Assembly: GCF_018350175.1 (NCBI RefSeq) | Contig: NC_058369.1 | Location: 9,612,001-9,676,000, forward strand | DNA: 64,000 nt | Reading direction: 5' to 3' | Source: Felis catus | Taxonomy: Eukaryota | Shown here: one piece after another, positions 12,421 to 26,093 of the stretch | How positions within the stretch are numbered: the first letter of the stretch is position 1 | Layout: each line of letters opens with the position of its first letter | Translations under genes and position numbers: made by a program | Notes under the pieces: generated by a model | Database searches by the model: none | Told to the model about the DNA's origin: nothing | The model's input: only the letters and a program-made list of their open reading frames with translations

Positions 12421-13086
12421 GGTGGGGCCTTGCTGGCCCTCCTCCAGGGCATGCTTCTCCCCATCTTCTGCACCAGGAAACCCTCCCCCCCCGTCTCCGT
12501 GATCCACCCCCCCCCCCGACTCCCCAGACTCTCTCTCTCTCACCTGTGCGCCCCCCATAGCTTTGCTCGTGTCTCTCTTCCAACATAGCCCTCTCTGTTA
12601 CAGGAAGTTGTGGTCTCCAGCCTCAGAAGAAACATTCTTTAAGGTCAACACCCTCCTTGTCTCTTAGGAAATCCTGATCTCATTCAGGAAGTTATACCAG
12701 CTGTGCCCAAAGGCAGGGGGAGGAAGGTGCCTTTGAGGGTGGCAAACGGGAGGGTCGTGGAGGTTGGGGGATGCCCCAAGTACAGCCTGACCGTTCCCCA
12801 AGAGGAGAAGGATGCCCGGGGCATCAGGGGTGACTGGACCCTTGAAAAAGGGCCCAGGCCTCCCAAAGATTCCTGGGTCCCAGATGTGTCTCAGAAGCAG
12901 GTGAGTCTCCTCCTGCAAGGAGGGGACCTTGCAGGCTGGGGACAAGGGAGGCTCTCAAAGGTAAGCAGGGTGGACTGATGGCTCAGAGGTTTCCTACCGA
13001 TTCTAGATCCCCACCTGCATTCGAGACACCCATATGGGCAAGCAGGTCGTAACGCACTGGGCAAAATTTAAAGTATTTAACAACCA

Positions 13087-14685
13087 GGGGCACCTGAGTG
13101 GCTCAGTCGGTCAAGCATCCGACTTCGGCTCAGGTCATGATCTCACCCTTCGTGAGCTCGACCCCCGCTGCAGGCTCCCCGCTGAGCCTGCGCGGGATTC
13201 TCTCTCTCCCCCTCTCTCTGCCCTTCACTCACTCATGCCCCCTCTCTCTCAAAAATAAAGTAAATAAAATACAATAAAATATTTCACAGGAGGCGTGGGA
13301 GGACCCGGGAAGGGACCTGGGGGGGGGGGGGAGGATTCCAGGCAACAGCTATTTACTAACTGGTATGGAAATATTTTAATATTTTAACAATAAGCTGTAC
13401 CAATGTGTCCCAGCTGAATATCTGAATACACAGAGAAGAGATCACTGAAGCCATATGAGAATAATTCCGTGCTGGCTTAGGAATGGATTAGACATTGTTA
13501 TTTTTTTAACCCTCTAGTGTATTTTAAATTGCTGAATCGTGTGCAAGCCTGGGGACCTCCTCTGAGTATATGTAAGTGACATGAGAAGTGATGGCCTATG
13601 TGTTAGTTTTCAAGCGTGACTACGTGTTAGAATCACCTGGAAACTGGGGCGCCTGGGTGGCTCAGTCGGTTAAGCATCCAACCCAATGTCGGCTCAGGTC
13701 ACAATCCCACGGTCGTGAGATCGAGCCCCACTTCGGGCTCCGTACTGGGTAGGGAGCCTGCTTGGGATTCTCTCCCCCTCTCTTGCTGCCCCTACACCCC
13801 TCACACTCTCAAAAATAATATAAAATAAAATATGTATTAAAAACACACACACACACACACACAGGAGCGCCTGGGTGGCTCAGTCAATTGAGCGTCCAAT
13901 TCTTGATTTCAGCTCAGGTCACGATCTCACGGTTGGTGGGTTCGAGCCCCACTTCTCGCTGACCGTGCAGAGTCCGCGTGGGATTCTCTCCTCGTCCCTC
14001 TCTCTCGGCCCCTCCCCTGCTTGCGCTCGCTCTCTCCCTCTCCCTCCGCATGGCACAGCCAGATTCCGAGGCAGGAACTGAAGAGTTCCACGGCGTCCCA
14101 GAGGGCTCCCCAACAGGCCCCATCCACGGGTTCCATGCCAGTTGGTAGAGAATCTCAGTCTTTACACGTGTCTGCTGAAAACCCCGACACGTTCACGTTT
14201 AGTCTTGGGTGCGTCCCCATTTTTTGAGGCATTTTTTGGCAGCCGTCAACATGTAAATGACAGCTTTGAAAGAACGTCCCAGCCAGTCTCTGACCCTGGA
14301 GGGAAAGGCCAGACTGGGGGGAAACGGACCCCGAAGAGCCTGAAGGTTATTTCTGAGCTGTGTGCCTTCGGGAAAACTTCTCAACCACTCTGGGCTCTAG
14401 TCCCCTGATTCAAGAAGGAGGAAAGGGTAATTTAAAATATTCGCGAAGGGGGCGCCTGGGTGGCTCAGTCGGTTGGGCGGCCAACTTCGGCTCAGGTCAC
14501 GATCTCGCGGTCCGTGAGTTCGAGCCCCGCGTCGGGCTCTGTGCTGACCGCTCGGAGCCTGGAGCCTGTTTCAGATTCTGTGTCTCCCTCTCTCTGACCC
14601 TCCCCCATTCATGCTCTGTCTCTCCCTGTCTCAAAAATAAATAAAACGTTAAAAAAAAATTAAAAAAATAAAATAAAATAAAATA
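13087..14685 (+). mobile_element. Four plus-strand CanSINEs (13087-13280, 13645-13845, 13864-14045, 14448-14685)
   Basis: SINEC heads and tails; last copy has TSD aaatattcgcgaagg. Confidence 0.9.
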
Positions 14686-14919
14686 TTCGCGAAGGTTTTC
14701 CTAAAGATTAAACGAAACTATCAGAATGCCTATTACAATGGTGGCCAGGGCACGTGCTTAATAAATGTTAGTAAGTAACAAAAATAAGACGACCCTCCAA
14801 TGCAAGGCTTAAGCCACCAGCGGTGGCTTTTGACATCACCATCTGTCCAGAAATCACCACACGAATGACCTTCTCTTTGTCTCCGCTGAGACAAGCTACA
14901 TGCCAGGTTAGATACGGCT

Positions 14920-15096
14920 ATAAATAAAGTTTTATTGGTACCTAGTCATCCATTCACACATTTTCAATGGCGGCTTTCGCATCCCAAAAGCAGAGCTGAG
15001 TCACTTCTACAGAGACTATATGACCACGTGACCCCCCCCCCCCCCCGGAGCTGGACACATTCACTATCTGGCCCTTTATATTAGTCTGCACCCCAG
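14920..15096 (-). mobile_element. MER58A-like hAT MITE
   Basis: ataaagttttattgg...cagagctgagt...actatctggccctttat. Confidence 0.7.
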
Positions 15097-15770
15097 ATTC
15101 AGAGGTCAGATTTTCACCTCTCGGCCACAGACTCATTCCGGTCCCCTATCCCGCCTGCATGAACTTTTGCTGACCACCTCCTATGCACGTCGCCCTGGTG
15201 CCACGTAGTCAATAAGATGAAGGCCTAGCTAGTCCGCATTCTGCAGACAAGGCAGGTGAGGCCGCTGGCGGGGTCACCGGCCCGAGGTCACACAGCACGT
15301 ATAGAACCAGAGTGGCAAATCCAGGCACAGTGGCTCCAGAGTCACCAGGCTGTGAAGGCTTCCCATTCAGAACCCCCGGACCTAAGATGCGGACCGGAGA
15401 AGCCCCATGGCCCACACTTCTAGGCCATTCCCAGGCCACCGGAGGGGAAAGACAGGCTGGCTTTTCCCTCCAAGACCTGGCTGGCTGCGCCCCGCCGCGT
15501 CAATGCTCTCTCCCCGACTCTCTGCACCAGGAACTTCTGTAACCATTCCTGGAGCCCAGAGAAGCTGTGGTACTTTCCCAGGGTCACCCAGCTCTGAAGG
15601 GAGGGGCTAAGGTTTGAAAGCAGCTTTTTGCCCCCAAATCAATCCTCTCTGCAACACTTGGGGCCCTCCAGCAGAACGTAAAACAGGCAAGGACAGCCTT
15701 CTCGGGTGGCAAAGGAACAGATTTGCTTTACGAGGTGGCATTCTGGGGGGATGGTGGCATTATTTTTGTT

Positions 15771-15985
15771 TTTTAATTTTTTTTAATGTTGTTTTTTTTT
15801 TTTAATTTTTGAGAGAGAGACAGCATGAGAGGGGGCGGGGAGAGAGGGAGACACAGAATCGGAAGCAGGCTCCAGGTTCCGAGCTGTCGGCGCAGAGCCC
15901 GACGCGGGGCTCGAACCCACGGACCGCGAGATCGTGACCTGAGCCGAAGTCGGATGCCCAACCGACCGAGCCGCCCAGGCGCCCC
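15771..15985 (-). mobile_element. CanSINE (SINEC_Fc)
   Basis: SINEC consensus. Confidence 0.9.
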
Positions 15986-16864
15986 AACGTGGCACTGTTT
16001 TTTTAACTCGAGTCACCGACCTGACTCGAGGCGCTGGGCTCACCCAGGGGTTATAAGACCTGCCCCCCCCCCCACCACCACCACCAAGGGGCTGTGACAA
16101 GTAGAAAATGTTAGAAGGTGAGAAATTACTGCATTTTATCTTATCCCAATTTGGCCTCTCGGAGCCGATTCTAGCGACGGATTTGGAGGACGGGTTATGT
16201 GTGCCACACTCACCTTCAAGGTTTTATAGATTTCATTCTGAACCTGTCTCAGACTCTCAACACAACCACATTTAGCAGATATCAGGTGTCTTCTCCCCAC
16301 AAAGTGCTGTGCTGGGCAAGGCGAAAGATTCAAGGATCAATACGAAAAGGATGTTCCTTCATGGAGTTTAGTACCTAAAAGGCGCAGAAAAGCTAAGCGG
16401 TCACACCTCATTCATTCATGCACGCATTCAGTCTACTCTGTGCCGGCATTTCCAAGCTCACGATCTTGCAAGAAGAGGAACTAAGAGCTTGGGCTCGGTA
16501 CCTGGATAGATCTGGGCTCCAAGGCGGGTTCTGCCCTGTAGTCTTCATTATTTTCCTTTCTGTGCCTCCGTAGCCTCCTCTGTGAAATGGGTGCCGGGGT
16601 GAGGACCCCGTGAATTCAGACCCTAAGCTCCTAGGCCCACGGTGACGGTGGGATAAATGGGGACTGGTCTCTGTGTACCCCCTGGATGATGGGGGCAGTC
16701 ACTTGTCAGCCTCTTCCTCCAGGCAGACCCCCCTGAGTACATCATGCAGGACTTGGAACCAGAGGAGGCCCTGGACAGAGACCTGAAGTCAAAATGAGGT
16801 TCACTGGTTCTAACGAACTCGCAGGTCTCCAAGCCAGAGACCCCGAAAGGTCATCAACATAGAT

Positions 16865-17230
16865 GTTCGATTCACTCAACAAACACTGGGACCAATTCCC
16901 TCAACAAACATTGGCACCTGCTATGCACCAGGGACACTGCAGTGGACAAGGAGGACAAAAACCCTTGCCTTCATGGTCCCAGCAGTCCAGTTTAGGAGGA
17001 AACACACAATTGCAGGTAACAAACAGAGTGATGTGATCCACAGTGACAGGGCAGGAGTCTCTGCACAGGGCGCATAAGGAGTGGACATCTGTCCTGAGAC
17101 TGGATTGCAAGAAGGAGCCAGCTATGGCCAGGGCATCCCAGACAGCGGCAACAGCAAGTGCAAAGGCCCTGAGGTGCAAACACGACTTGAAAATGCCAGG
17201 CGTGGAAGGTAGGCCAGGGAGACTTGACCG
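16865..17230 (-). mobile_element. L2 3' fragment
   Basis: ttcactcaacaaaca...ctatgcaccagggac...cagcaagtgcaaaggccctgagg. Confidence 0.7.
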
Positions 17231-17924
17231 AAGGGAGAGCAGATATGGTGGAAACGCAGGCGGAGACGGAGCGGATGACCCCCCCCCCCGCCCCCGCCGG
17301 GAGGAAACAGTGCAGACAGCCTGGAGAGTGCAGGTGCACAGAAGCATCAAGAGAATCTTGGGGTGTTTCAAAGGTAGACTTTGGCAGCAAGAAGAAAAGA
17401 TGGGAATGAGCGGTGGGCTCAGGGGACATTTGTTCACAAGCTGCTTGGGTTCCAAAAACTAGCATGGAAAACCTGATAGATCATAAGGGATGGGACGGGG
17501 GGAGAAGGGGCCCGGGGGGGGGGGGAGACACCGGGGTAGGGGGTGCTCCCCAGGCCCGCTATGGCTGGCCACGGCCAAAGCTGTAACTGCTTCAGAGGAC
17601 AAAAGGAGGGTCTTTCTGCACCAAAAACCAGCCAGCTTGCACTGAAAAAGAAACTCCCTGGGACCAGACCTATATTTTTTTTAAATATCAAGTAGGCTAG
17701 AATTGTCCAACTGCCTCCCTTAAAAAAGAAGGGAGAAAAAAGTGCTCTGATTTCCAAGCAGGTCTTTAAAGGTCAGGTTTTGGTTTAATTGTGATGTCTA
17801 AACAACTTCTATTCTTTTTTTTTCTTTCTTTTTTTTTTTTTTTTTTTACTCTGTAAACTGAGGCCTCTAGGCGCAAAACAGTCGACACTCCCTAGGACTA
17901 CAGCAAAGCAGCATCAAGGCTCAC

Positions 17925-18147
17925 TAGGTGCCTGCATTGTTTTAAAGACCTGCCATATGATAACGCATTAAATCTCATCTTTGCAAGAATTCCAGAAATG
18001 GGTGTTATTACGTCGATTTTACAGACTGGGAAACTGACACGCAGAGAGAAGACTGCCCCTCCCCCCAGAGTCACAGAGTCATTGAGGGGCAGGGCTGAGA
18101 TGTGAACCCCCGCCCTCTGGCTCCCAGTCCAGGAATTTAACCACAAC
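17925..18147 (-). mobile_element. MIR
   Basis: ttttacagactgggaaactgac...agtcacagag...gaaccc. Confidence 0.75.
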
Positions 18148-18461
18148 CCCAGCCCAAGGCCGGATGGGCCTCAGACTTGACCCCAGGACCCACCTGAAGC
18201 CCTCAGCCCTCTGGGAGCCCTTCAAACCCTGAGATCCCCGCATTCATCTTTATAAGCCCTTTGTGCCTAAAAAAAAAAAAGAAAGTGCCATATACGTAGT
18301 GATGGAGGATTATATGGTAAAAATTGGACTCTCGCTTTGGGGCCGCCTTCCACTTCTCAGAACCCCGAGAGGGAAGGATGAGCCCCGTAGGTGAGTCCCC
18401 CCAGGAGGGTGAGCAGATCGCTTCCTGCCTTGGCTGCCAACGTCCGCCGGGCTCGGGAGCC

Positions 18462-18480
18462 ACAGCGCCACCTGGTGGCT
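18462..18480 (-). promoter_or_regulatory. CTCF binding motif
   Basis: Minus strand AGCCACCAGGTGGCGCTGT closely matches the CTCF core consensus; local CpG enrichment. Confidence 0.65.
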
Positions 18481-18542
18481 GGTCGCGGCAGCCGCAGGCG
18501 AATGGGCATCCCTTGGCCTGGGCATCCGCGACGCCAGGACCG

Positions 18543-18850
18543 CAGCGGGCAAACTCCTCTAAACGGCCTATTTTCAGCTTTGCAGGCCAGTCTGTTACAG
18601 ACCGGACTCCACCACTGTGGTGCAAAAGTAGCCACAGACAAGAGGCACACAAAACGACCGGGATGCGTTCCAGTAAAACTTTATGCACACTGAATTTTGA
18701 ATTTCATACAACTTCACGTATCAAGAAATATTACCCTTCCTTTGATTTTTTTCAACCACTTAAATGTAAAAACCTGTCTTAGCCCACGGGCCATACCACA
18801 ACAGGTGTCTGGCCAGATCTGGCCCCCTTACTGTAGCTTGCTGCTTCCTG
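18543..18850 (+). mobile_element. MER58B-like hAT MITE
   Basis: ggcaaact...gctttgcaggcc...gttccagtaaaactttat...gaatttcat...gccagatctggccc. Confidence 0.7.
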
Positions 18851-18859
18851 TTCCGGAAG

Positions 18860-19680
18860 CTAGGGTCCCAGCAAAGAACAAACCAGGCAAAACTTTCTGC
18901 CCTCGGGGAGCTTATGGTGAGAATATAAATAATCAGCAAGATAAAAAGCCAAATGTATAATACATACGAGTTGGTCATCAGCACTAACCAGAAAAATAAA
19001 GTAGGGCAGAAGAAATCGAAATGTATAAAGGTTAAATTTTAAAGAAGGGGGGACGCCTGGGTGGCTCATTCAGTTAAGTGTCCGACTTTGGTTCAGGTCA
19101 CGATCCCACGGTTCACAGGTTCGAACCCTGCATCGGGCTCTGCGCTGACAGCTCAGAGCCTGGAGCCTGCTTCAGATTCTGTGTCTCCCTCTCTCTCTGT
19201 CCCTCCCCTGCTCATGCTCTGTGTCTCTCACTCTCAAAAATAAACATTTAAAAACATTTTTAATAAATAAATAAATAGAGGTGGTGAGGAAGGGCTTGCT
19301 GAGGAGGTGACCTTTAAGTAAAAGCCATTAGGCGGTAAGGAAGGAGCCATATGGGTGTCTGGGGGCAAAGCATTCCAATCAGAGGGAAGAGCCAGTGCAA
19401 AGGTCCTGAGACAGAATTGCCCTGATATGTTTGAGGAACAGTGAGGAGGCCCACGTAGCTGGAGCAGGGTGAGTAAGGGGGAGAATGGGAAGAGGTGGAA
19501 GCAGGCAAGTGACAGATCACACAGGACCTTGTAGGCCTTAGGGAGGACTTTGGTTTTGACGCAAATGGGGTATGAACCACAGAAAACCGAGATCCGCCTC
19601 AACCACTATTGAGGTCATATGTGGTTTAAAACTTTTTTTACCGTTTGTTTATTTTTTAAACAGAGAGAGAGAGAGGGAGA

Positions 19681-19723
<43 letters not shown>

Positions 19724-19830
19724 AGTGGGGGAGGGGCAGCGAGAGAGGGAGACACAGAACCCAAAACTGGCTCCAGGCTCTGAGCGACAAAGCAGAGCCC
19801 AGCGCGGGGCTCGAACTCAGGAACCACGTG
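18860..19830. mobile_element. L2 fragment (minus) with CanSINE insertions (19049-19277 plus; 19630-19820 minus)
   Basis: gccagtgcaaaggtcctgagacagaa...gtttgaggaacagtgaggaggcc plus SINEC motifs. Confidence 0.75.
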
Positions 19831-20558
19831 TGTGGTTTAAACAAAACATGTCTCTTTGGGGTCCAGTGGCATTAGCCATTTTACCAACAGTCCCACATAA
19901 CCCTAAATAATCCTAATTTGTCCGCTGAAAACCACGGAACTATTCTCTGGGGTATCGAAGACGAAGGGAACAGGGGTAGGGAAGGGGCCAAGAATAAACG
20001 AGAAAATCGGTTCGCTAGAAGGACCCGTGTTGCCCTCTTCCTCACCCGGCGCGTCCCTCCTCTGAGCTCAGGCTCGGGGACCAGAACGACTCAGGCTGCC
20101 CACCCCAGCCAGTGACCTGCAGGATGGCTGGGCCTGAGCTCCCAACATCCTAGAAACAGCCAGTTCCGGCCTGGGAGTCAAGGCCACGCCACCCCGTCCC
20201 AGCTCAGCCCCCAGATGCCTCGGTAACCCTGGCGGCCCGCCCGCCCGGCTGCATGAGGAGCAGACCAACGGCAATAGTAAGAACACCACGGCCGGCTCGC
20301 TGAGTGCACGTGACGAGACGTGCGGCACAGAGATGCTGGGAAGTAATGATATTCTGCACTAACTATTAGTAAGTGTTAGTCATGGTCCTTACGGCGGTGT
20401 GGCTGGCTCCCCTCTCGCCGCCCTCCATTCTCGCGCGCAGGCCCTCTGCTCTCTGGCGATGACGGCGACCGTGGGGATGACTTAGAACCTGGCTGCTTAG
20501 ATCGCCCTCCGTGGACCCAAGGACCCACCCCACACGTGAGCCCGTTAGAAAGAAATGC

Positions 20559-23082
20559 GGGGGCGCCTGGGTGGCTCAATCGGTCAAGTGTCCGACTCTT
20601 GATTTCAGCTCGGGTCCCGATCTCACAGTCGTGAGGTCAAGCCCTGCATCGGGCTTCATGCTAACGACCCAGAGTCTGCTTGGGACGCCCCAGGAGCCCT
20701 GCTGGATGGGAACGTGCCTCCCACAAAGCCCCCGCGGGGGTCTGCCGTCCCGGGGATGAGAGTTAACCCTCCTTCCCCACCCTCCACACTCTTCCTGCCG
20801 GTTTCCTGTTGGTTTTCCTGCTGGGTGGAGAGCTGACTGTTGACCGATGTGTCCGAAGGCCCCGCATGGAGCTGAGCACGGAGAGGGTGGCCTAAGTATT
20901 GGTAAAAGAAAGAGGTCCTGGGGGAGGCAGAGGGAGGGGACATGTTGGGGTAGGGGAGGGAAGAGGGACCTCCTCACTCAACTCGGGGTGCAAGAATCTT
21001 CAGAGCGGGTTGGGGCTCCCCAGGGAGTACATCCGCGGCAGTTTGGAACCAAATGCTCCAACTTCCAGCCCTGTGGTTATTTCATCTAAAACAAGGAAAA
21101 GCCGGGGCACCTGGGCAGCTCAGTCGGTTGAGCGTCTGACTCTTGATTTGGGCTCAGGTCACCATCTCAGGGTCATGGGATCGAGCCCCGTGTCGGACTC
21201 CACGCTGGGTGCGGAGCCTGCTTAAGAATCTCCCTCGATAGATAGATTAGATGATAGATAGATAGACAGATAGATGATGGATAGATAGATAGATAGATAG
21301 ATAGCAACCCTCACTCATTCTCACCCGGTGCGTTCATTCAACTGATATTTCCTGTGTAACCTACGCGGAACCAGCCTGGGTCTCAGGGGCCCGGGACATT
21401 CCAGTGGGCAAGACAGACAAGAAAGGAGATAAAGAACCATGCAGTGTGTGGTGATCTACCAAGGTCTGCACGGCCCTGCGCACACGGGTTGACAGATTCA
21501 GACAAAGGCTGGCAACGTGGGCACGTGGCCTCAAAAGGCCCCTGCCCGGAAAGCAAGGGTTGAAAAAAACAGTAACGGGTGCAGGCAGGAGCAGCGAGAA
21601 ACGGCCAAGCTGGGGCTCGGTCCGTTCCCGGCACCAGGATTCCGCCGGTCACAGGAAGAAGAAGAAACCCTAGTGATCTCATTCAATCCCTAGCAGAAGG
21701 TGGCCAAAAACACGTTCGAGATTCTCAGGAAGACATTTTGAGACACGGAGTCACGTTCGCGATGGTTAGTTTCACCTCGGTGGATACTTTTCCTGCGTGG
21801 GATTCCTACAGATGGGCAAAGCCACCACGGTCAGCAGCACGTGCAGAAATAAGGTTCCCGGGGCGCCCGGGTGGCTCAGTCGGTTGAGCGTCTGACTTCG
21901 TGATCAGGTCATGATCTCACAATTCGTGGGTTCGAGCCCCGCGTCGGGCTCTGGGCTGACAGCTCGGAGCCTGGAGCCTGCTTCCGATTCTGAGTCTCCC
22001 TCTCTCTCTATTCCTCCCCCCACTCAAGCTCTGTCTCTGTCTCTCTCAAAAATAAATAAACATTTTAAAAAAAATTTTTTTTTTTAAAAGAAATAAGCTT
22101 CCCAAACAGACGGTTCAGAATGGTGGATATTCTGTAGAACAAGCGATCTGGCTTCTTCTGTGGGCCACTGGGATGGTATAAAGGGCGGACGGGGAGAGAA
22201 CGCTATTATAGACGAAGTAAGACTTAGAGAATCCCCACGTGACCCAGCAGCACACCCAGGAGAGTTGAAAGCAGGGTCCAGAAGATACATTTATAAACCC
22301 GTGTTCACGGCAGCGTTATTCACAATCACCAAAAGGCGGAAGCAGGGTCCGTCAACAGATGAACGGATATGCACGATGTGGTACGGCCACACACTGGAAT
22401 AGTATTCGGCCCTAGAAAGGAAGGGAGGTCCAACACAGGCTATACCATGGATTAACCTTGAGGACCATGCTAATAACAAAAGGACAAATACCTAGGATTT
22501 CACTTATGTGAGTAGCCAATTTTTTTTTTTTAACGTTTACTTATTTTTGAGAGAGAAAGAGACAGCGCGAGTGGGGTTGGGGCAGAGAGACAGGGAGACA
22601 CAGAATCCGAAGCAGGCTCCAGGCTCTGAGCCGTCAGCACAGAGCCCGACGCGGGCCTCGAACTCATGGACCACGAGATCACGACCCGAGCTGAAGTCAG
22701 ACGCTTAACCGACTGAGCCACCCAGGCACCCCAAATGCGACCACAAGTATGTTTTTCAAAAGACAGAATGACCAAATACAACACGCCCGCCTTCCTGATT
22801 CAAACAAATCAACTGGGGAAAAAGACAAGCAGAGACATTTGACTGTGGAGTGGAAATTAGGTGATATTTTAAGAAATCACTGGGGCGCCTGGGTGGCTCA
22901 GTGGGTTAAGCGTCTGTCTTCTACTCGGGTCATGATCTTGCAGTTCGTGAGTTCAAGCCCCTCATCAGGTTCTTTGCTCACAGTGTGGAGTCAGCTTGGG
23001 ATCCTCTGTCTCTTCTTTCTGCCCCTCCTGATGCTCGCTCTCTCTCTCTCTCTCTCTCAAGAGTAAACAAATGTTAAAAAAA
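20559..23082. mobile_element. CanSINE cluster (20559-20690 +, 21104-21236 +, 21860-22085 +, 22520-22732 -, 22882-23082 +) with an old L1M 3' fragment (about 22200-22510)
   Basis: SINEC motifs; gttcacggcagcgttattcacaatcaccaaaaggcggaagca L1 3' motif. Confidence 0.85.
21237..21304 (+). repeat. (GATA)n tetranucleotide microsatellite at a SINE tail
   Basis: Direct inspection. Confidence 0.95.
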
Positions 23083-23087
23083 GAAGA

Positions 23088-24853
23088 GGCACCAAAAACC
23101 ATTAAAATACCTAGGAATAAATCTAACCAAAGAGATGAGAAATCGATACACCGGAAACTATAGGAAGCTTATGAAAGAAATTGAAGAAGACACCAAAAAT
23201 GGAAAAATATTCCACGCTCCTGGAGAGGAAGAACAAATATTGTTAAAATGTCGACACTACCCAAAGCAATCGACATATTTAATGCAATCCCTATCAAAAT
23301 AGCACCAGCATTCTTCACAGAGCTAGAACAAACAATCCTAAAATCTGCATGGAACCAGAGAAGACCCCAAATAGCCAAAGCAATCTTGAAAAAGAAAACC
23401 AAAGCAGGAGGCATCACAATCCCAGACTTCAAGCTATACTACAAAGCTGTAATCATCAAGACAGTGTGGTACTGGCACAAGAACAGACACTCAGATCAAC
23501 GGAACAGAATAGAGAACCCAGAAATGGATCCACAAACGTGTGGCCGACTCATCTTTGACAAAGCAGGAAAGAACATCCAATGGAATAAAGACAGTCTCTT
23601 CAGCAAGTGGTGCTGGGAAACTGGACAGCGACATGCAGAAGAATGAACCTGGACCACTTTCTTACACCACACACAAAAATAAACTCAAAATGGGTGAAAG
23701 ACCTAAACGTAAGACAGGAAGCCATCAAAATCCTCGAGGAGAAAGCGGGCAAAAACCTCTTTGACCTCGGCTGCAGCAACTTCTTACTCAACAGGTCTCC
23801 GGAGGCAAGGGAAACAAAAGCAAAAATGAACTATGAGGACCTCATCAAGATAAAAAGCTTCTGCACAGTGAAGCAAACAGCCAGCAAAACTAAAAGGGAA
23901 CTGACTGAATGGGGGAACATATTTGCAAACAACGTATCGGATAAAGGGTTAGTATCCAAAATCTGTAAAGAACTTACCGAACTCAACACCCAAAACACAA
24001 TCCAGTAAAGAAATGGGCAAAACACATGAATAGACACTTCTCCAAAGAAGACATCCAGGTGGCCACTGACACATGAAAAAATGCTCAGCATCACTCCTCA
24101 TCAGGGAAATACGCATCAAAACCACAATGAGATACCACCTCACACCCGTCAGAATGGCTAACATTAACAACTCAGGCAACAACAGATGCTGGCGAGATGC
24201 GGAGAGAGAGGATCTCTTTTGCCCTGCTAGCGGGAATGCAAACTGGTGCGGCCACTCTGGAAAACAGTCTGGAGATTCCTCAAAAAATTAAAAACAGAAC
24301 TACCCTATGATCCACCAACTGCATTGCTAGGTATTTACCCAAAGGATACAGGTGTGCTGTTCCGACGGGGAACATGCACCCCAATGTTTATAGCAGCACT
24401 AGCAACAATAGCCGAAGCATGGGAAGTGCCCAAGCGTCCATCAACTGGTGAATGGATAGAGAAGATGTGTTATATACATTCAATGGAATATTACTCGACA
24501 AGGAAAAAGAATGCAATCTTGCCATTTGCAACGACGTGGATGGAACTGGAGGGGATTATGCTAAGTGAAATTAGTCAGAGAAAGACGAAAGTCATATGAT
24601 TTCACTCATATGAGGACTTTAAGAGACAAGAGATGAACGGAAGGGAAGGGAAGCAAAAACAATATAAAAACAGGGAGGGGGACAAAACAGAAGAGACTCA
24701 TAAATAGGGAGAACAAACGGAGGGTTGCTGGAGGGGGTGTGGGGGGGGGAGGGGCTAAACGGGGAAGGGGCATTACGAATCTACTCCTGAAATCAATGTT
24801 GTACTATATGGTAACTAATTTGGGTGTAAATTACAAAAATAAGTAAATGTTTT
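23088..24853 (+). mobile_element. 5'-truncated carnivore/felid LINE-1 (ORF2 C-terminal part with frameshifts, 3'UTR, A-rich tail)
   Basis: Peptides [77 protein letters not shown] and LPFATTWMELEGIMLSEISQ in shifting frames; TSD TAAAAAA(A)GAAGA at 23075-23087 and 24853-24864. Confidence 0.95.
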
Positions 24854-26093
24854 AAAAAAGAAGAAATATGCGTGAATGGATGGATGGATGGATGGACAGA
24901 AGGACAGGTTTGGTGAGTGGCTAGATCGGTGGATCCGGAGGAGAACATCAGAAGGAACGCGGCTGTGGGCGAATCAAGTTTCATCACATTGCCCCAACGT
25001 GCCACCAGATGTCAGCCTAACCTCAGGAAACCGCCTCAGAGGCCAAATTAGCACCACCTTTTGAGGATACAGTGTCCACTGCACCCCTCACGAGCGCACC
25101 CTGCACCCAGCTGGCGTTTCGAATCCAGGTCTCCCTCCCAGCAGACCGAACATCCAGGGAAGCCTGGGGGACAGCCCTGTGGGGCGCCGGAGACCGTGTT
25201 TGTAACTTCCCAGGGGTCAGACGGGGAGCATGGAGTGGGTGGGAGGGGCATTTCTGGGTGCCCAGGAGTGCTTAGCGTCCAGGCCAGCCTCAGCCCCGGT
25301 CGCCCTGAAATCTGCACTCGGAATCCCACCTTCCTGATGTCCGTCCAGGAATCCACCCCAGTTTTTAAGCCTTTGCCAAAGAAGCACTTGAGCAAAGAAA
25401 AAGAAAAAGAAAAAAAAAAGCGCCAGCTCTCCTTCCGTACCCGGGACTGAACCGTTCACGCACTGCTTTCCAGCCTCAGCCCAGGAAGAGCGACTTCAAG
25501 GAGAGGATGCGAGCCCAGGGAGGCCTCTCGCCCAAGATCACAGGAGCAGAGCCGGCTCAGAGCCCCCCCACTTCCTCGCCAAGGCGACTCCCGGGAGAAG
25601 ACCCACTTTCAGGGTCACTGGCAGAGGGAAAGGGGGCCCAGGACCAGCGCCCCGGAGCCAGCACATCCCCCCCCCAGCGCCTCTCTCTGCCTTCAGCACA
25701 AACTTCACCTCCAGCCGCCAAACCCTCGGGTTTAGTTCCAGGGCTTCAAGTAGACATGCGATCCCCGCCCCTGCCGTCCCTCCCCCCCCAAAAGAAACCC
25801 AGCATTTCTCAGCCAGGTTCAGGAATGCCTCCCACCGGAAAGACTGGCCAACCCATCCCAGGGGACACCCACAGACCCGGACGCCCTGCCAAGCCTACCA
25901 CTCCCCCCTTCGCTGGGGCACCCTGGGCTGCGCGGGGGGTTCACGGGGGGGGGGGGGGTGGAGGAGGGGGGCCCCGTCCCAGGCAGGGGACGGGGCTTCA
26001 GCAGCCAGCCTCGCCCTAGGAGCGCGCTCCCGCCCCGGAAGCCACCCCCGGGGGCGCGCCCGCCCCCCACCCGCCGTCCCAGCCCGGACTCAC

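Noticed and set aside
23248..24599. ORFs with protein-like sequence
   Set aside because: Frameshifted LINE-1 ORF2 remnants, not a host gene
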